Shown: one piece after another, positions 17,807 to 28,111 of the stretch
How positions within the stretch are numbered: position 1 is the first letter of the stretch
Layout: every line of letters begins with the position of its first letter
DNA from: Candidatus Falkowbacteria bacterium
Lineage (GTDB): Bacteria; Patescibacteriota; Patescibacteriia; UBA11705
Assembly (NCBI GenBank): GCA_003518055.1
Contig: DOZJ01000002.1
Location: forward strand, 170,137-234,136
Direction of reading: 5' to 3'
Length of the DNA: 64,000 nucleotides
The notes under the pieces: generated by a model
Told to the model about the DNA's origin: nothing
Databases searched by the model: none
Seen by the model: the letters and a program-made list of their open reading frames with translations, nothing else
Program-made: the position numbers and the translations under genes

Positions 17807-18766
17807 TTAGCCTCTGTATATTAAATACGCGATGTAACACACATATAGCAAGAGAAATATCACGCCCTCCCCTCTTTTAAGGACATTTTTTTCGCTGACA
17901 AAAATTGCCAGAAATAAAATTATCGTGGCCGCCATCACCGCCAACACATCAAAATTCATCGCTGCGACGAATGGTAGCGGTTTGATAATCGCGCTGATGC
18001 CCAAAATCCAAAAGATATTGAAAATATTGGAGCCAACCACATTACCGATAGCAATATCAGCTTGGTTTTTGTACGCGGCCACGGCCGAGGTAACAAGTTC
18101 GGGCAAAGATGTTCCGACCGCGACTATGGTTAGCCCGATCAGCGCTTGACTGACCCCAAGTGTCGTCGCGATCGTGATTGCGCTGTCCACCACCAATTTG
18201 CCGCCAACCGTCAATCCGGCGATGCCGGCGACGATATAGATAAACATTCTCCACCGGCTCATGGCTTTGATTTTCAATCCGGCCTCAGTTTTCGCTGCTC
18301 TGGAAATGCCAAAGGTATAATAGAGGAAAATAACAAAGAAACAAAGCAATATTATTCCATCAATCCGGCTGATGGTAGATGTACTCTGGCCGTCAATCAA
18401 GGAGTCGTTGGCCAGAAAAAACATGACCAAAACCGCCAGCAGGGAAAAAGGGATTTCCTTCCAGATGGTTCCTTTTTTTATGGTGATTTTCCGGATAAAG
18501 GCCGCGATGCCGAGAATCAACAGGATATTAGCGATGTTGCTGCCGACAATGTTGCCGATGGCGATTTCATTCGATCCTTGCAAGCTCGAAAAAATATTCA
18601 CTATGAGTTCAGGCGCTGACGTGCCGAAAGCGACAATGGTAAGGCCAATTACAATGGTTGAAATCCCCATTTTTTTGGCCAAGGCCGAAGAGCCATCAAC
18701 CAGGATATCTGCGCATTTAATCAGCAGCGCAAATCCGGCGATGAGAATTAAGCAGGCGATGAGCAT
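17807..18766 (-). CDS. CaCA-family Na+/Ca2+ (cation) antiporter, YrbG-like
   Basis: two alpha-repeat motifs GNIVGSNIANILLILG and GNVVGSNIFNIFWILG; about 10 TM helices. Confidence 0.8.
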   Translation of the reverse strand: MLIACLILIAGFALLIKCADILVDGSSALAKKMGISTIVIGLTIVAFGTSAPELIVNIFSSLQGSNEIAIGNIVGSNIANILLILGIAAFIRKITIKKGTIWKEIPFSLLAVLVMFFLANDSLIDGQSTSTISRIDGIILLCFFVIFLYYTFGISRAAKTEAGLKIKAMSRWRMFIYIVAGIAGLTVGGKLVVDSAITIATTLGVSQALIGLTIVAVGTSLPELVTSAVAAYKNQADIAIGNVVGSNIFNIFWILGISAIIKPLPFVAAMNFDVLAVMAATIILFLAIFVSEKNVLKRGEGVIFLLLYVCYIAYLIYRG

Positions 18767-18897
18767 ACGTCTGTGTTTAAATATGAGTTAATGGTGATTA
18801 TTGACAATGTCCGCATATAAACGAAATTTACTTGGAACGAAGTGGAACATAAATTTGGGAGAGCGAAGCGAACCGGTTACACGCTGTTATATGATGT

Positions 18898-19563
18898 TTA
18901 TTTTTTCTTCCTTGATATTATCACTAGGCTTCCTATTAAAATTATAGCTCCAAGACCAGCACCATACCGAAGAATATTTTTTTCTTTCGTTTCGGATTCT
19001 TGCCTTACTCCATTACGAATTAAGACTGGCTCATCGCCACTGTAATCAAAAGCAAAATCTTTTTCTGTGCCGCCGGAATTTATAAATATTTGAAGTGCTT
19101 CATCATCGATTGATTTATTTTCAACTAACTTGGCATCTGAGTAACTGGTGCCAGTGACTTCATAAATTCCCCACGCAGGGACATAAAAAATATCGTTTTT
19201 GTTCAGTGAAATTAAATATTTTTTGCCAACGGACATTGTTTTAACATCCTCATCTGTTAAATTGATAGTTTTTGCTATATTACTGACAGTGATTTTATCT
19301 CCATCTTTAAGTGATTGAACTTGGTTTTGAGGAAAAACAAAGATAATTTTTATGTTTCGGGTATCATCCACTGCCGACATGACCTCACCAAGTATGAGAG
19401 CGTCTTGCTTGTGGCCGCCAAAAAGACAGCCGAGCGGATCGCAAGCATAAGATGTTGGTGCGATTAAGAAGGTACAGAAAGAGATTGCAAGAAAGAAAAA
19501 GATATTTTTAGTCATAGTGTTAGAAAAAAAGTTTATTTCCGATAACTTTTTCCTATTTATCAT
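18898..19563 (-). CDS. secreted protein with N-terminal signal peptide and C-terminal TM anchor, function unknown
   Basis: hydrophobic N- and C-termini; ATG start. Confidence 0.4.
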   Translation of the reverse strand: MINRKKLSEINFFSNTMTKNIFFFLAISFCTFLIAPTSYACDPLGCLFGGHKQDALILGEVMSAVDDTRNIKIIFVFPQNQVQSLKDGDKITVSNIAKTINLTDEDVKTMSVGKKYLISLNKNDIFYVPAWGIYEVTGTSYSDAKLVENKSIDDEALQIFINSGGTEKDFAFDYSGDEPVLIRNGVRQESETKEKNILRYGAGLGAIILIGSLVIISRKKK

Positions 19564-19812
19564 TGTGAACCAAAACTTTGGTGAGTGCGGTTGATTGTCC
19601 TTCGATCCCCACGGCTAGGTGCTACACTTTACACATTGCTTGCTGCAAATTAACAACAGTTATCTTTAAATCACAGCATCGATCTGATTAAATTATTTAT
19701 TGCTGCCTTCAACTTTCATTATACCTCAATTTATTTTATGACCGAAATGTGTTATAATATTTTCAAGAAAAACAGCCGGAGATATCCGCAGCTGTAAATT
19801 TAAGTTATCGAC

Positions 19813-20988
19813 ATGAAGATTGCGTTTATCGGACAAAAAGGTTTGCCGGCCGTAACCGGCGGCGTGGAAACACACGTGGAGCGGCTGGCACTTGGCCTCA
19901 ATCGGGAGGGGCACAATGTTTTTGTTTATGCTCGATCGTGGTACGTAGCCCGCCGGCGCCGGACCTATCAAGGTGTAAACTTAATTTTTAAACCGTCAAT
20001 CAAAACCAAAAACCTTGATACGATCACACACGTTTTTTTCGCCTCGATTGATGCTGTCAGACGACATTTTGATATCATCCATTATCACGGTGTGGGGCCG
20101 GCGCTCTTGGCTTGGATCCCGCGGATTTTTTCTCCGCGCTCGAGAGTGATTATTACCTTTCACAGCATCGACCGTCATCACGGCAAGTGGGGCTCGCTGG
20201 CGAGATTTTTTCTCTTGCTTGGAGAGTGGTGCGCCGTCCATTTTGCTCATGAAACCATCACGGTTTCAAAGTATTTGCAGCGGTACACGCAAAAGCGCTA
20301 TGGCCGCAAAACGATTTATATCCCCAACGGCGTTGATGCCAATAAGTTAATCCCCGCCTCAGAAATTACTCGCCGGTTTGGTTTGGTGAAAAACAATTAT
20401 ATTTTATTTTTATCCCGTTTAATCAAGCACAAGGGAGCTCACTATTTGATCGAAGCCTACCAAAAACTTTACCCGACCAAAAAACTGGTGATTGCCGGCG
20501 ACTCGTCATTTACCGATAAATACGTCCGCCGCCTGAGAAATCTAGCGGAGTCAAATCCGAATATTATTTTTACCGGCGGCGTGCAAAAAAACAGCCGGCT
20601 GTGGGCTGAACTTTATTCCAACGCTTACTTGTTTGTTTTGCCATCTGATTCCGAGGGGCTGCCGATTGTTGTGCTCGAAGCCATGAGTTTCGGCCGCTGT
20701 TGTTTAGTCTCTGACATTCCCCAAAATATGGAGGCTGTCGCCGGCGGTTTCGGCTTCCACTTCCGCCGTGGTCGCGTGTTTAGTTTGCAGCAAAAACTGA
20801 AATATTTGCTTACTCATCCGGGCTTGGTTGACCGAGTTGGTCGAGCCGCTGCCGGCCACGTGTTGGTTGATTATAATTGGACTGATATTGTCAAGGCTGT
20901 TGATTTTGTTTATTCCTGCGCCTTGGAATCGGGTAAGGCGCACTCAATTTCAGCCTGTTTGAGATCAAGTCTGGCGCGTAACAAATAA
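19813..20988 (+). CDS. GT4-family glycosyltransferase
   Basis: C-terminal LPSDSEGLPIVVLEAMSFGRCCLVSDIP (E-x7-E) motif; GT-B fold architecture. Confidence 0.75.
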   Translation: MKIAFIGQKGLPAVTGGVETHVERLALGLNREGHNVFVYARSWYVARRRRTYQGVNLIFKPSIKTKNLDTITHVFFASIDAVRRHFDIIHYHGVGPALLAWIPRIFSPRSRVIITFHSIDRHHGKWGSLARFFLLLGEWCAVHFAHETITVSKYLQRYTQKRYGRKTIYIPNGVDANKLIPASEITRRFGLVKNNYILFLSRLIKHKGAHYLIEAYQKLYPTKKLVIAGDSSFTDKYVRRLRNLAESNPNIIFTGGVQKNSRLWAELYSNAYLFVLPSDSEGLPIVVLEAMSFGRCCLVSDIPQNMEAVAGGFGFHFRRGRVFSLQQKLKYLLTHPGLVDRVGRAAAGHVLVDYNWTDIVKAVDFVYSCALESGKAHSISACLRSSLARNK

Positions 20989-20997
20989 TGCTACTTG

Positions 20998-21306
20998 TTA
21001 TTCCTCGGGATCTTTATTGTTGTCAGCTGGGTTTACGATTTTAGGATTTGGGCTGAATTTTTTATTTCTGATTTTCCAGCGGTCAACAAATTGGCCAATC
21101 CCTCGTTCGTTCATTTTGTTTTGGATGGTTTGGCGGTTTTGCGACCATTCCACCAAGCTTTCAAAATTGATTTTATACCGGCCTTGAACCACGACATATC
21201 GCAATTCCTGGCGTCTGATTGCCCTTCGGATAGTATGTGGGTCAACGCCAAAGAGCCTCGCAGCTTCAGATACAGACACTCTAACTATTTTTGGTTGGTC
21301 GGTCAT
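20998..21306 (-). CDS. excisionase/MerR-like helix-turn-helix DNA-binding protein
   Basis: VSEAARLFGVDPHTIRRAIRRQEL...VEW resembles the excisionase-family HTH_17 domain. Confidence 0.5.
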   Translation of the reverse strand: MTDQPKIVRVSVSEAARLFGVDPHTIRRAIRRQELRYVVVQGRYKINFESLVEWSQNRQTIQNKMNERGIGQFVDRWKIRNKKFSPNPKIVNPADNNKDPEE

Positions 21307-21327
21307 ATTTGAGACAAATTCATCTAT

Positions 21328-21349
21328 TTGTATACACTAGTGTATACAA
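21328..21349. promoter_or_regulatory. perfect 22-bp palindrome TTGTATACACTAGTGTATACAA 22 bp upstream of the HTH gene start, a candidate operator
   Basis: exact self-complementarity; position is in the promoter region of 20998..21306. Confidence 0.5.
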
Positions 21350-21471
21350 TAATAAGATAATCATAGTAGTTTTAGCCGGATATGTCAAAAATAGCTAGAA
21401 TAAGCAGTTTTTATCTGGTTTACTTGGGCCCTTGGTTGTGTTGTAATAACAAAAGTCGCTTATTTTAGGTA

Positions 21472-21500
21472 TTTACAATTAAAATCAAATATAGTATAAT
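21472..21500 (+). promoter_or_regulatory. sigma-70-type promoter TTTACA-17-TATAAT for the ECF sigma factor operon
   Basis: consensus-like hexamers with a 17-bp spacer about 70 bp upstream of the 21569 ATG; an 8-bp inverted repeat aagtgtaa/ttacactt lies at 21536-21557. Confidence 0.4.
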
Positions 21501-21568
21501 ATTCCTAATATCGTTTACTCATTTAACCTTAAAAGTGTAACATCTTTACACTTCAGACGTCTACACTA

Positions 21569-22123
21569 ATGACAAGCCATTCATTAAAAGAGAAATATCT
21601 ATTATATAAGGTCCGCTATCAGCACGATGCCGGTGCTTACGGTTTGCTGTATGATGCCTATGTGGACAAAATTTTTCGCTTTGTTCTCTATAAAGTCTCT
21701 TCGGTCGAAGATGCGGAGGATATTACCGCTGAAGTTTTCCTTAAAAGCTGGCAGTTTATCCGCACCACCAATAAAAGGGTTAGTAATCTGAACGCCCTGC
21801 TTTATCGTATTGCCCGTAACGCCGTAATTGATTATTATCGTCAAAAAAAGCGTCAGGATTTACCATTGACCGACGAGGATCAGTACCGAGATATTGTTGA
21901 CTCCCGTGATGTGGAGCGCGACATCGATCTCAAGCTCGAAGTTAAAAATATCGAGCGAGCCCTCGACCGGATTAAAGACGATTATCGTGAAGTGATAATT
22001 TTACGCTACGTCGAAGACATGTCAATTAATGAAATTGCTTCCATTATTAACAAATCGAAAAGCAACGTGCGCGTTCTGCTTCATCGGGCGATAAAAAGAA
22101 TCCAGGAAATTTTAAGCGAATAA
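21569..22123 (+). CDS. RNA polymerase ECF-type sigma-70 family sigma factor
   Basis: region-2 motif YRIARNAVIDYYRQ and region-4 HTH ILRYVEDMSINEIASIINKSKSNVRVLLHRAIKRIQE. Confidence 0.8.
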   Translation: MTSHSLKEKYLLYKVRYQHDAGAYGLLYDAYVDKIFRFVLYKVSSVEDAEDITAEVFLKSWQFIRTTNKRVSNLNALLYRIARNAVIDYYRQKKRQDLPLTDEDQYRDIVDSRDVERDIDLKLEVKNIERALDRIKDDYREVIILRYVEDMSINEIASIINKSKSNVRVLLHRAIKRIQEILSE

Positions 22124-22136
22124 ACCATTATCTCAA

Positions 22137-23345
22137 ATGGAAAAAATATTCAAACAACTGGAAGATTTGAAAAACGTGAAACCAAGAGAAGATTGGGTTC
22201 GAGCCAATCGAGAAGTTTTGCTTGCGCAAATTAGTTCTCAAGGCCCGGTCCGCGAATCTTCTTTTTTTGGTATCCTGAATTTTATCCGAATGCTCGTACC
22301 GGCCGGTTTTGTTAATTTTTTAGCCAAGCCGTTTGGTGTTGTCACGGTCGCGGTTTTGTTTGTTTTGGGTTCGGGCGCGTTCACTGTTAACGCTTCCAAA
22401 TCAAGTATCCCCGGTGATATTCTCTATTCAGTCAAGCTTACTTCAGAGAAAGTTCAAGTGGGTTTGACTGTGTCAGAGAATAAGAAAACCGCCCTCCATG
22501 TTGATTTTGCCGAAGAGCGAATCAATGAAATTGAGCAGATCGCGGCGAGTACTATTGATGTCACTGAAAAAAGAGAAAAGATTTCGATCGCGGCTGACAA
22601 TTTCAAAGACAGCTTGAACAGTGTTCAAGAGTCTTTTGATAAGGTCAAAACCACCAAAGCTGAAAAAGACGTAATTAATCGTTCTATTGAGGTGGTTAAA
22701 CAAGTGGACCAGAAGGTTGAGGCCATTGCTCTTAGATTGACCAATAATGAAAGTCTAAAATCAGACGCGGCGGTGGTCAAGAGTATTGATTCGGCCAAAG
22801 CTGAAATTGCTGAAACTCAGGTTAAAGCGGTTGAGGTTATAGTGGATAAATACGACAAGGGTGAAATCGAGCTGACCAGTGAGGAATTGGTTGAAACGGT
22901 TGAAGCGAAAATAAAGCAAGTCGGTGATAAAATTACTGCCGTGGCGGAGCGTGAACGGACTGAGGTTACGTCAACCGACGTTGAGACATCGACTGTCATC
23001 ACGGATAGTCCTGAGTCTGTAAATGAAACTGTTGAGTCATCTGATTCATCAAGCTCTGAGACCGTTGTTGTGGCACCGGCTGATTCTGAATCCGCTCAAC
23101 GACTATTGGATGAGGCCAGTTCACTCTTGAATCAAGGTGATTTGATCAATGCGCTGGAAAAATTAAAAGAAAGTTCCGAGCTTGCCCGCCAGTATGAAGA
23201 AGTCATCCAACAAAAAATCGAGGAGCTGCAAAGCGCCGTTCCAACCACTGACCCTGTCTCCGACACCTCATCCGAAGTGACGGTTGAGCCGGAAACGCTG
23301 CCTGAGGATATTTCAGTTGAACCAAAAGCCCAAAGTGAGCTATAA
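22137..23345 (+). CDS. membrane protein with one TM helix and a long coiled-coil Glu/Val-rich extracytoplasmic domain; putative anti-sigma factor-like partner (a type common downstream of sigma factors in CPR genomes)
   Basis: 14 bp downstream of the sigma gene; TM FGVVTVAVLFVLGSGAFTV; low-complexity acidic C-terminus. Confidence 0.35.
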   Translation: MEKIFKQLEDLKNVKPREDWVRANREVLLAQISSQGPVRESSFFGILNFIRMLVPAGFVNFLAKPFGVVTVAVLFVLGSGAFTVNASKSSIPGDILYSVKLTSEKVQVGLTVSENKKTALHVDFAEERINEIEQIAASTIDVTEKREKISIAADNFKDSLNSVQESFDKVKTTKAEKDVINRSIEVVKQVDQKVEAIALRLTNNESLKSDAAVVKSIDSAKAEIAETQVKAVEVIVDKYDKGEIELTSEELVETVEAKIKQVGDKITAVAERERTEVTSTDVETSTVITDSPESVNETVESSDSSSSETVVVAPADSESAQRLLDEASSLLNQGDLINALEKLKESSELARQYEEVIQQKIEELQSAVPTTDPVSDTSSEVTVEPETLPEDISVEPKAQSEL

Positions 23346-23561
23346 TATGGTACAGCGTTGTAAATTTATTGTTAATTAATTTATTTATAAAAACCCTGAA
23401 GAGTTTATATATAATTCGACAGGTTGTGTTAGCCCCAAAGGTCGGGCTTGAGAGATCAAGCAGCCAGCACATAAGATATTTAAAAAAAATGTGGGGGGTA
23501 TTATTAATTATTCCGATCGGATAATTAATGTATCTCTACACTGAAAGGAATGCAATTAATT

Positions 23562-26500
23562 ATGAATACACTCAAAAAGGTCTTTACCTTTTCAGTAGTG
23601 TTGACCACTATTCTTTGGTCAATGGGCGCTGCCGTGTTTGTACCGGTGGCTTCAGCTGTCACTTTGTCAGCTGGCGATTTGATCAAGGCTAGCGGGGCTG
23701 CGGTTTATTATTATGCCGCTGACGGAAAGCGTTATACTTTCCCGACCCAATCAACCTACATGACTTGGTACGGCGATTTTTCAGGTGTTAAGACAATCAC
23801 CGACAATGAATTGGCCGCCATCGATTTGGCTGGCAACGTTGTCGCTCGTCCTGGTACAAAGCTTGTAAAGATCACCACAGTTCCAAAGGTGTTCGCTGTT
23901 GAACCGGACGGTATGCTCCGCCACATTGCGAGTGAATCAGCTGCGTCAACATTATATGGTTCAGCTTGGGCCTCTCGCGTTATTGATATTTCAGATGGAT
24001 TCTGGGTCAACTATACCGACACCGGTATGGCTCTTACCGGCTCTGAATATCCAGCTGGACAATTGGTAAAAATGGCCTCTTCATCTGATGTTTACTATGT
24101 AAACGAAGATGGAACCTGGTCAAAGTTTACCAGTGGCAGCGCCTTTACCGCCAATGGTTTCAAATGGGCTGATATCGTAACTGCTCCGAGCACTATGTCA
24201 TTCTCAGCCGGTGCTAATATTACCGGTTATGACGCTGACCTCATGGATACGTCACAAGGCGGCGGTGCTGGTAGCGCCCCAACAACCGGTGGTAATGTAA
24301 TGGTTGGTTTGAGTTCATCAAACCCAACCGGCACTCGAATCATTGCTGATTCTACCTCTGGTGACGGTACTGAAGATATGTCCGCGGTTATGAAGTTCTA
24401 TGTGACCGCTTCAAGCGGCGACGTGACAGTTGATTCTGTTCGTCTTCATCGCCAAGGCATTTCAACCAATACCGATTTTGCCACTTTGTATCTCTATGAT
24501 GACGCCGGAACATTGATTTCCGACGCTCCGTCATACTCAAATAACTACTATACCTTTGGCACAAATTTCACCGTGTCAAGTGGTACCACCAAGACTCTTA
24601 CATTGAAGCTTGATTTGACCAATGGAACGTCCGCCAACAAGAGCGTGACCTTCTCGATCGATTCTGCCTCAGATGTAGTACTCGTTGGTGGCGGTAGCAT
24701 TTCCGGCAGCTTCCCGGTTTCTAGCAATGAGTTTGAAACCGCGGCTGTCAGCGATTTGGGCAAATTGACTTTGGCCCACGCCTCAGATCCTGGAACTTCA
24801 ATCGAAGCTGGTCTCGAAGATCAAGAGCTGTGGAGATTTACTCTCGCGGCCGCTGATCAAAAGATCCGCGTTGACAGTGTCAAACTGACCGCTGTCGGCA
24901 CGATCGAAGATGATACTTTTGAGAATCTCTTCTTGTATGACGGTATCTCCACTCTCGGTGAAGCCACTGGTTTGGATGCAGACAAGACTGTCGTTTTTGA
25001 CAATCTTGATTATGAAATCGCAGCCGGCAACACCAAGACAATTCAATTCCGAGGAGATATCCTGACTGGCACCAACCGCACTTTCTACTTCCAAGTACAA
25101 AATGCGTACGATGTCATGGCTTGGGATGTCAACTACAGCCGTTATATTCGCGTAAATCAATCTGATACTTACACGATTATTTCGGCCACCAACACGACCA
25201 CCATTAGCGCTGGTTCTCTCCAAGTGTCAAAAGCGACTGATTCACCAAGCGGCTCTTTGGCTGCCGGTGCGACCAATCAGCTTTTGGCCAAGTGGAGTTT
25301 CAAGGCTATCGGTGAAGACATCAAGGTTTCAAACCTCGTTGTCCGCACTGACGTCGGTGGCGCTTTGGATACCGATAACGTCGACAACGGTAAGGTTCTC
25401 GTCAATGGTACTCAACTTGGTACCACCAAGGACTTGGACTCTGACGCCACCAATGATGGTGACGCGACCGATGACGATGCTGCGGCTGATGATGACACCA
25501 CCTTCACCTTCGGCAATACTTTCATTATTCCCGCAGGTGAAACTTATGAAGTTGAAATTTATGCTGACGTCAAAACCGGCGCTGGCGTATCTATGGCTGC
25601 CAATGATTCGATTCTCCTGACTTTGGAAACCGGCGCCTCCAACTTCTTCCGCCAGCGCACTGGCACCACTGGTAACACCTCATCTTCAGCTGCCAATTCG
25701 TTGACTGTGGCTACCGCCAGTGTCACCCCGACCAAGAACGCTTCCATCGCTAACATGACTGTCGTCCAAAGCGCTCAAGAAGTCTTGATCGGATCATGGG
25801 TGTTTACGGCTGGTACCGCTGAGGACGTTGAGGTTAGTAGCGTAGTTTTCGTTGACGATGGCGCAACCGGTATCGGCGATGCCTTCCAAAACCTGTCACT
25901 TCGTGTCGACGGTGTTGAGGTTGGTACCTCTGTCAATCCGAGCGCGACCAACGGCGCGACTGTTACCTTGAACCTCAGCCCGAAAGTGACCATTGCGGCT
26001 GGTTTGTCCAAAACCTTTGACCTCTATGCTGATGCCAAAGATACGGCTAACGCCGAATGGACTGACACCGACGAAGTCGCTGTGGATTCTATTTCCGGTC
26101 TCGGATTGTCCACCAGCGCCACTGTGTCATACACCACGCCTGATGTCACTGGTCAACAGATCACCGTTGTCACCGCTGGTACATTAACCATCGCGGCGGC
26201 TCCGGCTCCGACCAACCCGACTGCGACTTATCTCGTGGCCGGCAAGACCAATCAAAGCGTTGCGGCTTGGGAATTCTCAGCCAACAACGTTGAAAATTTG
26301 ACGGTCTATCGTTTGGAGTTGACTGAAAACGGCACTGATGACTTACCTGGCAACGCTTCCAACTTGAAACTCTATGTTGATGGCGTCCAAGTGGGCAACA
26401 CCTTGTCAAGTTTGGTCAACAGCACTGCCAACACCGGCATCTTCTATGATGCTGATGGTATGTTCACGATTCCAAAAAATGACTCGGTGTACGTAGAACT

Positions 26501-27185
26501 GCGCATTGACGGTACAGGTACCGACAACGCCAGCTTCTCAACCGACGGCTCAGATCTCAAGTTCCAGGTCAGCAACGTAGCGACCCAAACCGACACTACT
26601 GATGTGTCAGCCAAGGGCGCCACTTCAAAGACCTACGCGACTGGTACTGATGCTGATTACGCGACCAACAGCCATAAGTTCGTCAAGACAAAACCGACCT
26701 TCTCTCTCGAGAGCGGCGTCTCAACCGTTTTGTCTCCGACAACCACTGAGGTCATGCGCTTCCGCATTACCGCTGATTCCAACTATAAGCTGACTTTGGA
26801 TTCAACTTCCAACATCCGCTTCACAGTCTTGGCTTCAGCCGCGGACGATGACAGTAGTTCTGAAACATGGACTCTGTATGAATACGCGACCAGCACTCAG
26901 CTTGACCAATTAACCGGTCAAGACACCAGCGATGCTACCAACACCACCTTAGACTTTGACTTTACTAGCAGCTCTTCAATTATCTCTGCTGGCAGTTACA
27001 AGGTTTACTACGTGGAAGGTAACCTCGCGGACTATGAAACCACCGGCGACTCAATCCGACTGCGCATCAACAACGCGGCGGCTGACTTCAGTTTTGATGA
27101 CGGTTCATCCGGATCAGCTGATCTCACCAACGCTAGTTTTGATGGCATTGGTTTGCCACTCAACGGTCCGGCTCTAGTCAAATAA
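23562..27185 (+). CDS. giant secreted Thr/Ser-rich cell-surface protein (about 1207 aa) with two N-terminal copies of a ~100-aa L(I/V)K..G.AVYY...DG.RY.FP....Y..W domain
   Basis: signal peptide MNTLKKVFTFSVVLTTILWSMGAAVFVPVASA; repetitive beta-rich Thr/Ser/Asp composition; no TM anchor. Confidence 0.6.
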   Translation: MNTLKKVFTFSVVLTTILWSMGAAVFVPVASAVTLSAGDLIKASGAAVYYYAADGKRYTFPTQSTYMTWYGDFSGVKTITDNELAAIDLAGNVVARPGTKLVKITTVPKVFAVEPDGMLRHIASESAASTLYGSAWASRVIDISDGFWVNYTDTGMALTGSEYPAGQLVKMASSSDVYYVNEDGTWSKFTSGSAFTANGFKWADIVTAPSTMSFSAGANITGYDADLMDTSQGGGAGSAPTTGGNVMVGLSSSNPTGTRIIADSTSGDGTEDMSAVMKFYVTASSGDVTVDSVRLHRQGISTNTDFATLYLYDDAGTLISDAPSYSNNYYTFGTNFTVSSGTTKTLTLKLDLTNGTSANKSVTFSIDSASDVVLVGGGSISGSFPVSSNEFETAAVSDLGKLTLAHASDPGTSIEAGLEDQELWRFTLAAADQKIRVDSVKLTAVGTIEDDTFENLFLYDGISTLGEATGLDADKTVVFDNLDYEIAAGNTKTIQFRGDILTGTNRTFYFQVQNAYDVMAWDVNYSRYIRVNQSDTYTIISATNTTTISAGSLQVSKATDSPSGSLAAGATNQLLAKWSFKAIGEDIKVSNLVVRTDVGGALDTDNVDNGKVLVNGTQLGTTKDLDSDATNDGDATDDDAAADDDTTFTFGNTFIIPAGETYEVEIYADVKTGAGVSMAANDSILLTLETGASNFFRQRTGTTGNTSSSAANSLTVATASVTPTKNASIANMTVVQSAQEVLIGSWVFTAGTAEDVEVSSVVFVDDGATGIGDAFQNLSLRVDGVEVGTSVNPSATNGATVTLNLSPKVTIAAGLSKTFDLYADAKDTANAEWTDTDEVAVDSISGLGLSTSATVSYTTPDVTGQQITVVTAGTLTIAAAPAPTNPTATYLVAGKTNQSVAAWEFSANNVENLTVYRLELTENGTDDLPGNASNLKLYVDGVQVGNTLSSLVNSTANTGIFYDADGMFTIPKNDSVYVELRIDGTGTDNASFSTDGSDLKFQVSNVATQTDTTDVSAKGATSKTYATGTDADYATNSHKFVKTKPTFSLESGVSTVLSPTTTEVMRFRITADSNYKLTLDSTSNIRFTVLASAADDDSSSETWTLYEYATSTQLDQLTGQDTSDATNTTLDFDFTSSSSIISAGSYKVYYVEGNLADYETTGDSIRLRINNAAADFSFDDGSSGSADLTNASFDGIGLPLNGPALVK

Positions 27186-27215
27186 GTCTATTCTCAATTA
27201 TTGAGTTTAGATATA

Positions 27216-27250
27216 CCCAAAACTCCGCTTCGGCGGAGTTTTGGTTTTTA
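27216..27250 (+). terminator. rho-independent terminator
   Basis: aaaactccgc-ttcg-gcggagtttt hairpin plus T-run. Confidence 0.6.
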
Positions 27251-27429
27251 AAATACGATGAGAGAGATTAAATTAGGGCGCTTAGGGGAGTTTTAGGCTA
27301 ATCAATTCATCTGGTATATTTTGTGATTTACAGCAATAAAGAATTCCACAGCCAGCTTTATTCAACACCTCGTTTGATAATATAATTCTCAAATGATATA
27401 ATTTATCTATAAATTATTGTGATTATCCT

Positions 27430-28098
27430 ATGGGGAAAAAACTGATTTTTGTCATGCTTTTGGCTGTTTTGGTTTTGGGCGGTTTTTGGGTCTATAAAGT
27501 TTTGTTTCTGGATAACGGAATAAAAAATTTGTCTGATCTGCCGTCTTGTGATTTTTACCGGGTCGATAATCCAGCTGTTGTGGATATGATTAACACCGCG
27601 TGCGACCTCGAATCTCAAGTCGGGGATGATGACGAAGCTCGGTTGAAATATTTGAACGCCGCGCTGGCCTGGAAAAGCGCCGCGGATGCCTTGCCGGTAG
27701 AACAAAGAGCTGATCTAAATCGCCGGGCGGTTGACGTTTATCGTTTCTACGAACAAAAATTTGATGACCACGCTTATTCATTACGGTGGAATATTGCCCA
27801 CCTGTATCAGGATTTGGGCGATTATAATCTGGCTGAAGAATATTATTTGAAAGCCATAGAATCAAACAACATCAACGCCGAACCCTATATCGCTCTGTAT
27901 TACCTTTATGACAAAGGGAATATCGAGAAAAATACCGCGGAAATTGATCAATACTTTGCCGATGCTTTGAAGCTTGTTTCTGAAAATCGAGACCAGTTGT
28001 TGCACCAGTATCTGACATTTTTGGAGAAAAATAATCTGACCGACAAAGCCGCCGAGGTTCGCGCCGAACTAAAGGTTCGTTATCCCGAATTATATTAA
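27430..28098 (+). CDS. membrane-anchored TPR-like repeat protein
   Basis: N-terminal TM helix; alpha-helical repeats with an AxxYxxL/YY pattern. Confidence 0.4.
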   Translation: MGKKLIFVMLLAVLVLGGFWVYKVLFLDNGIKNLSDLPSCDFYRVDNPAVVDMINTACDLESQVGDDDEARLKYLNAALAWKSAADALPVEQRADLNRRAVDVYRFYEQKFDDHAYSLRWNIAHLYQDLGDYNLAEEYYLKAIESNNINAEPYIALYYLYDKGNIEKNTAEIDQYFADALKLVSENRDQLLHQYLTFLEKNNLTDKAAEVRAELKVRYPELY

Positions 28099-28111
28099 GT
28101 TCCATTATCAT

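Noticed and set aside
23756-27177. multiple short ORFs on both strands inside the 23562..27185 surface-protein gene
   Set aside because: They are artefacts of the repetitive Thr/Ser/Ala-rich coding sequence, and none has start-site support.
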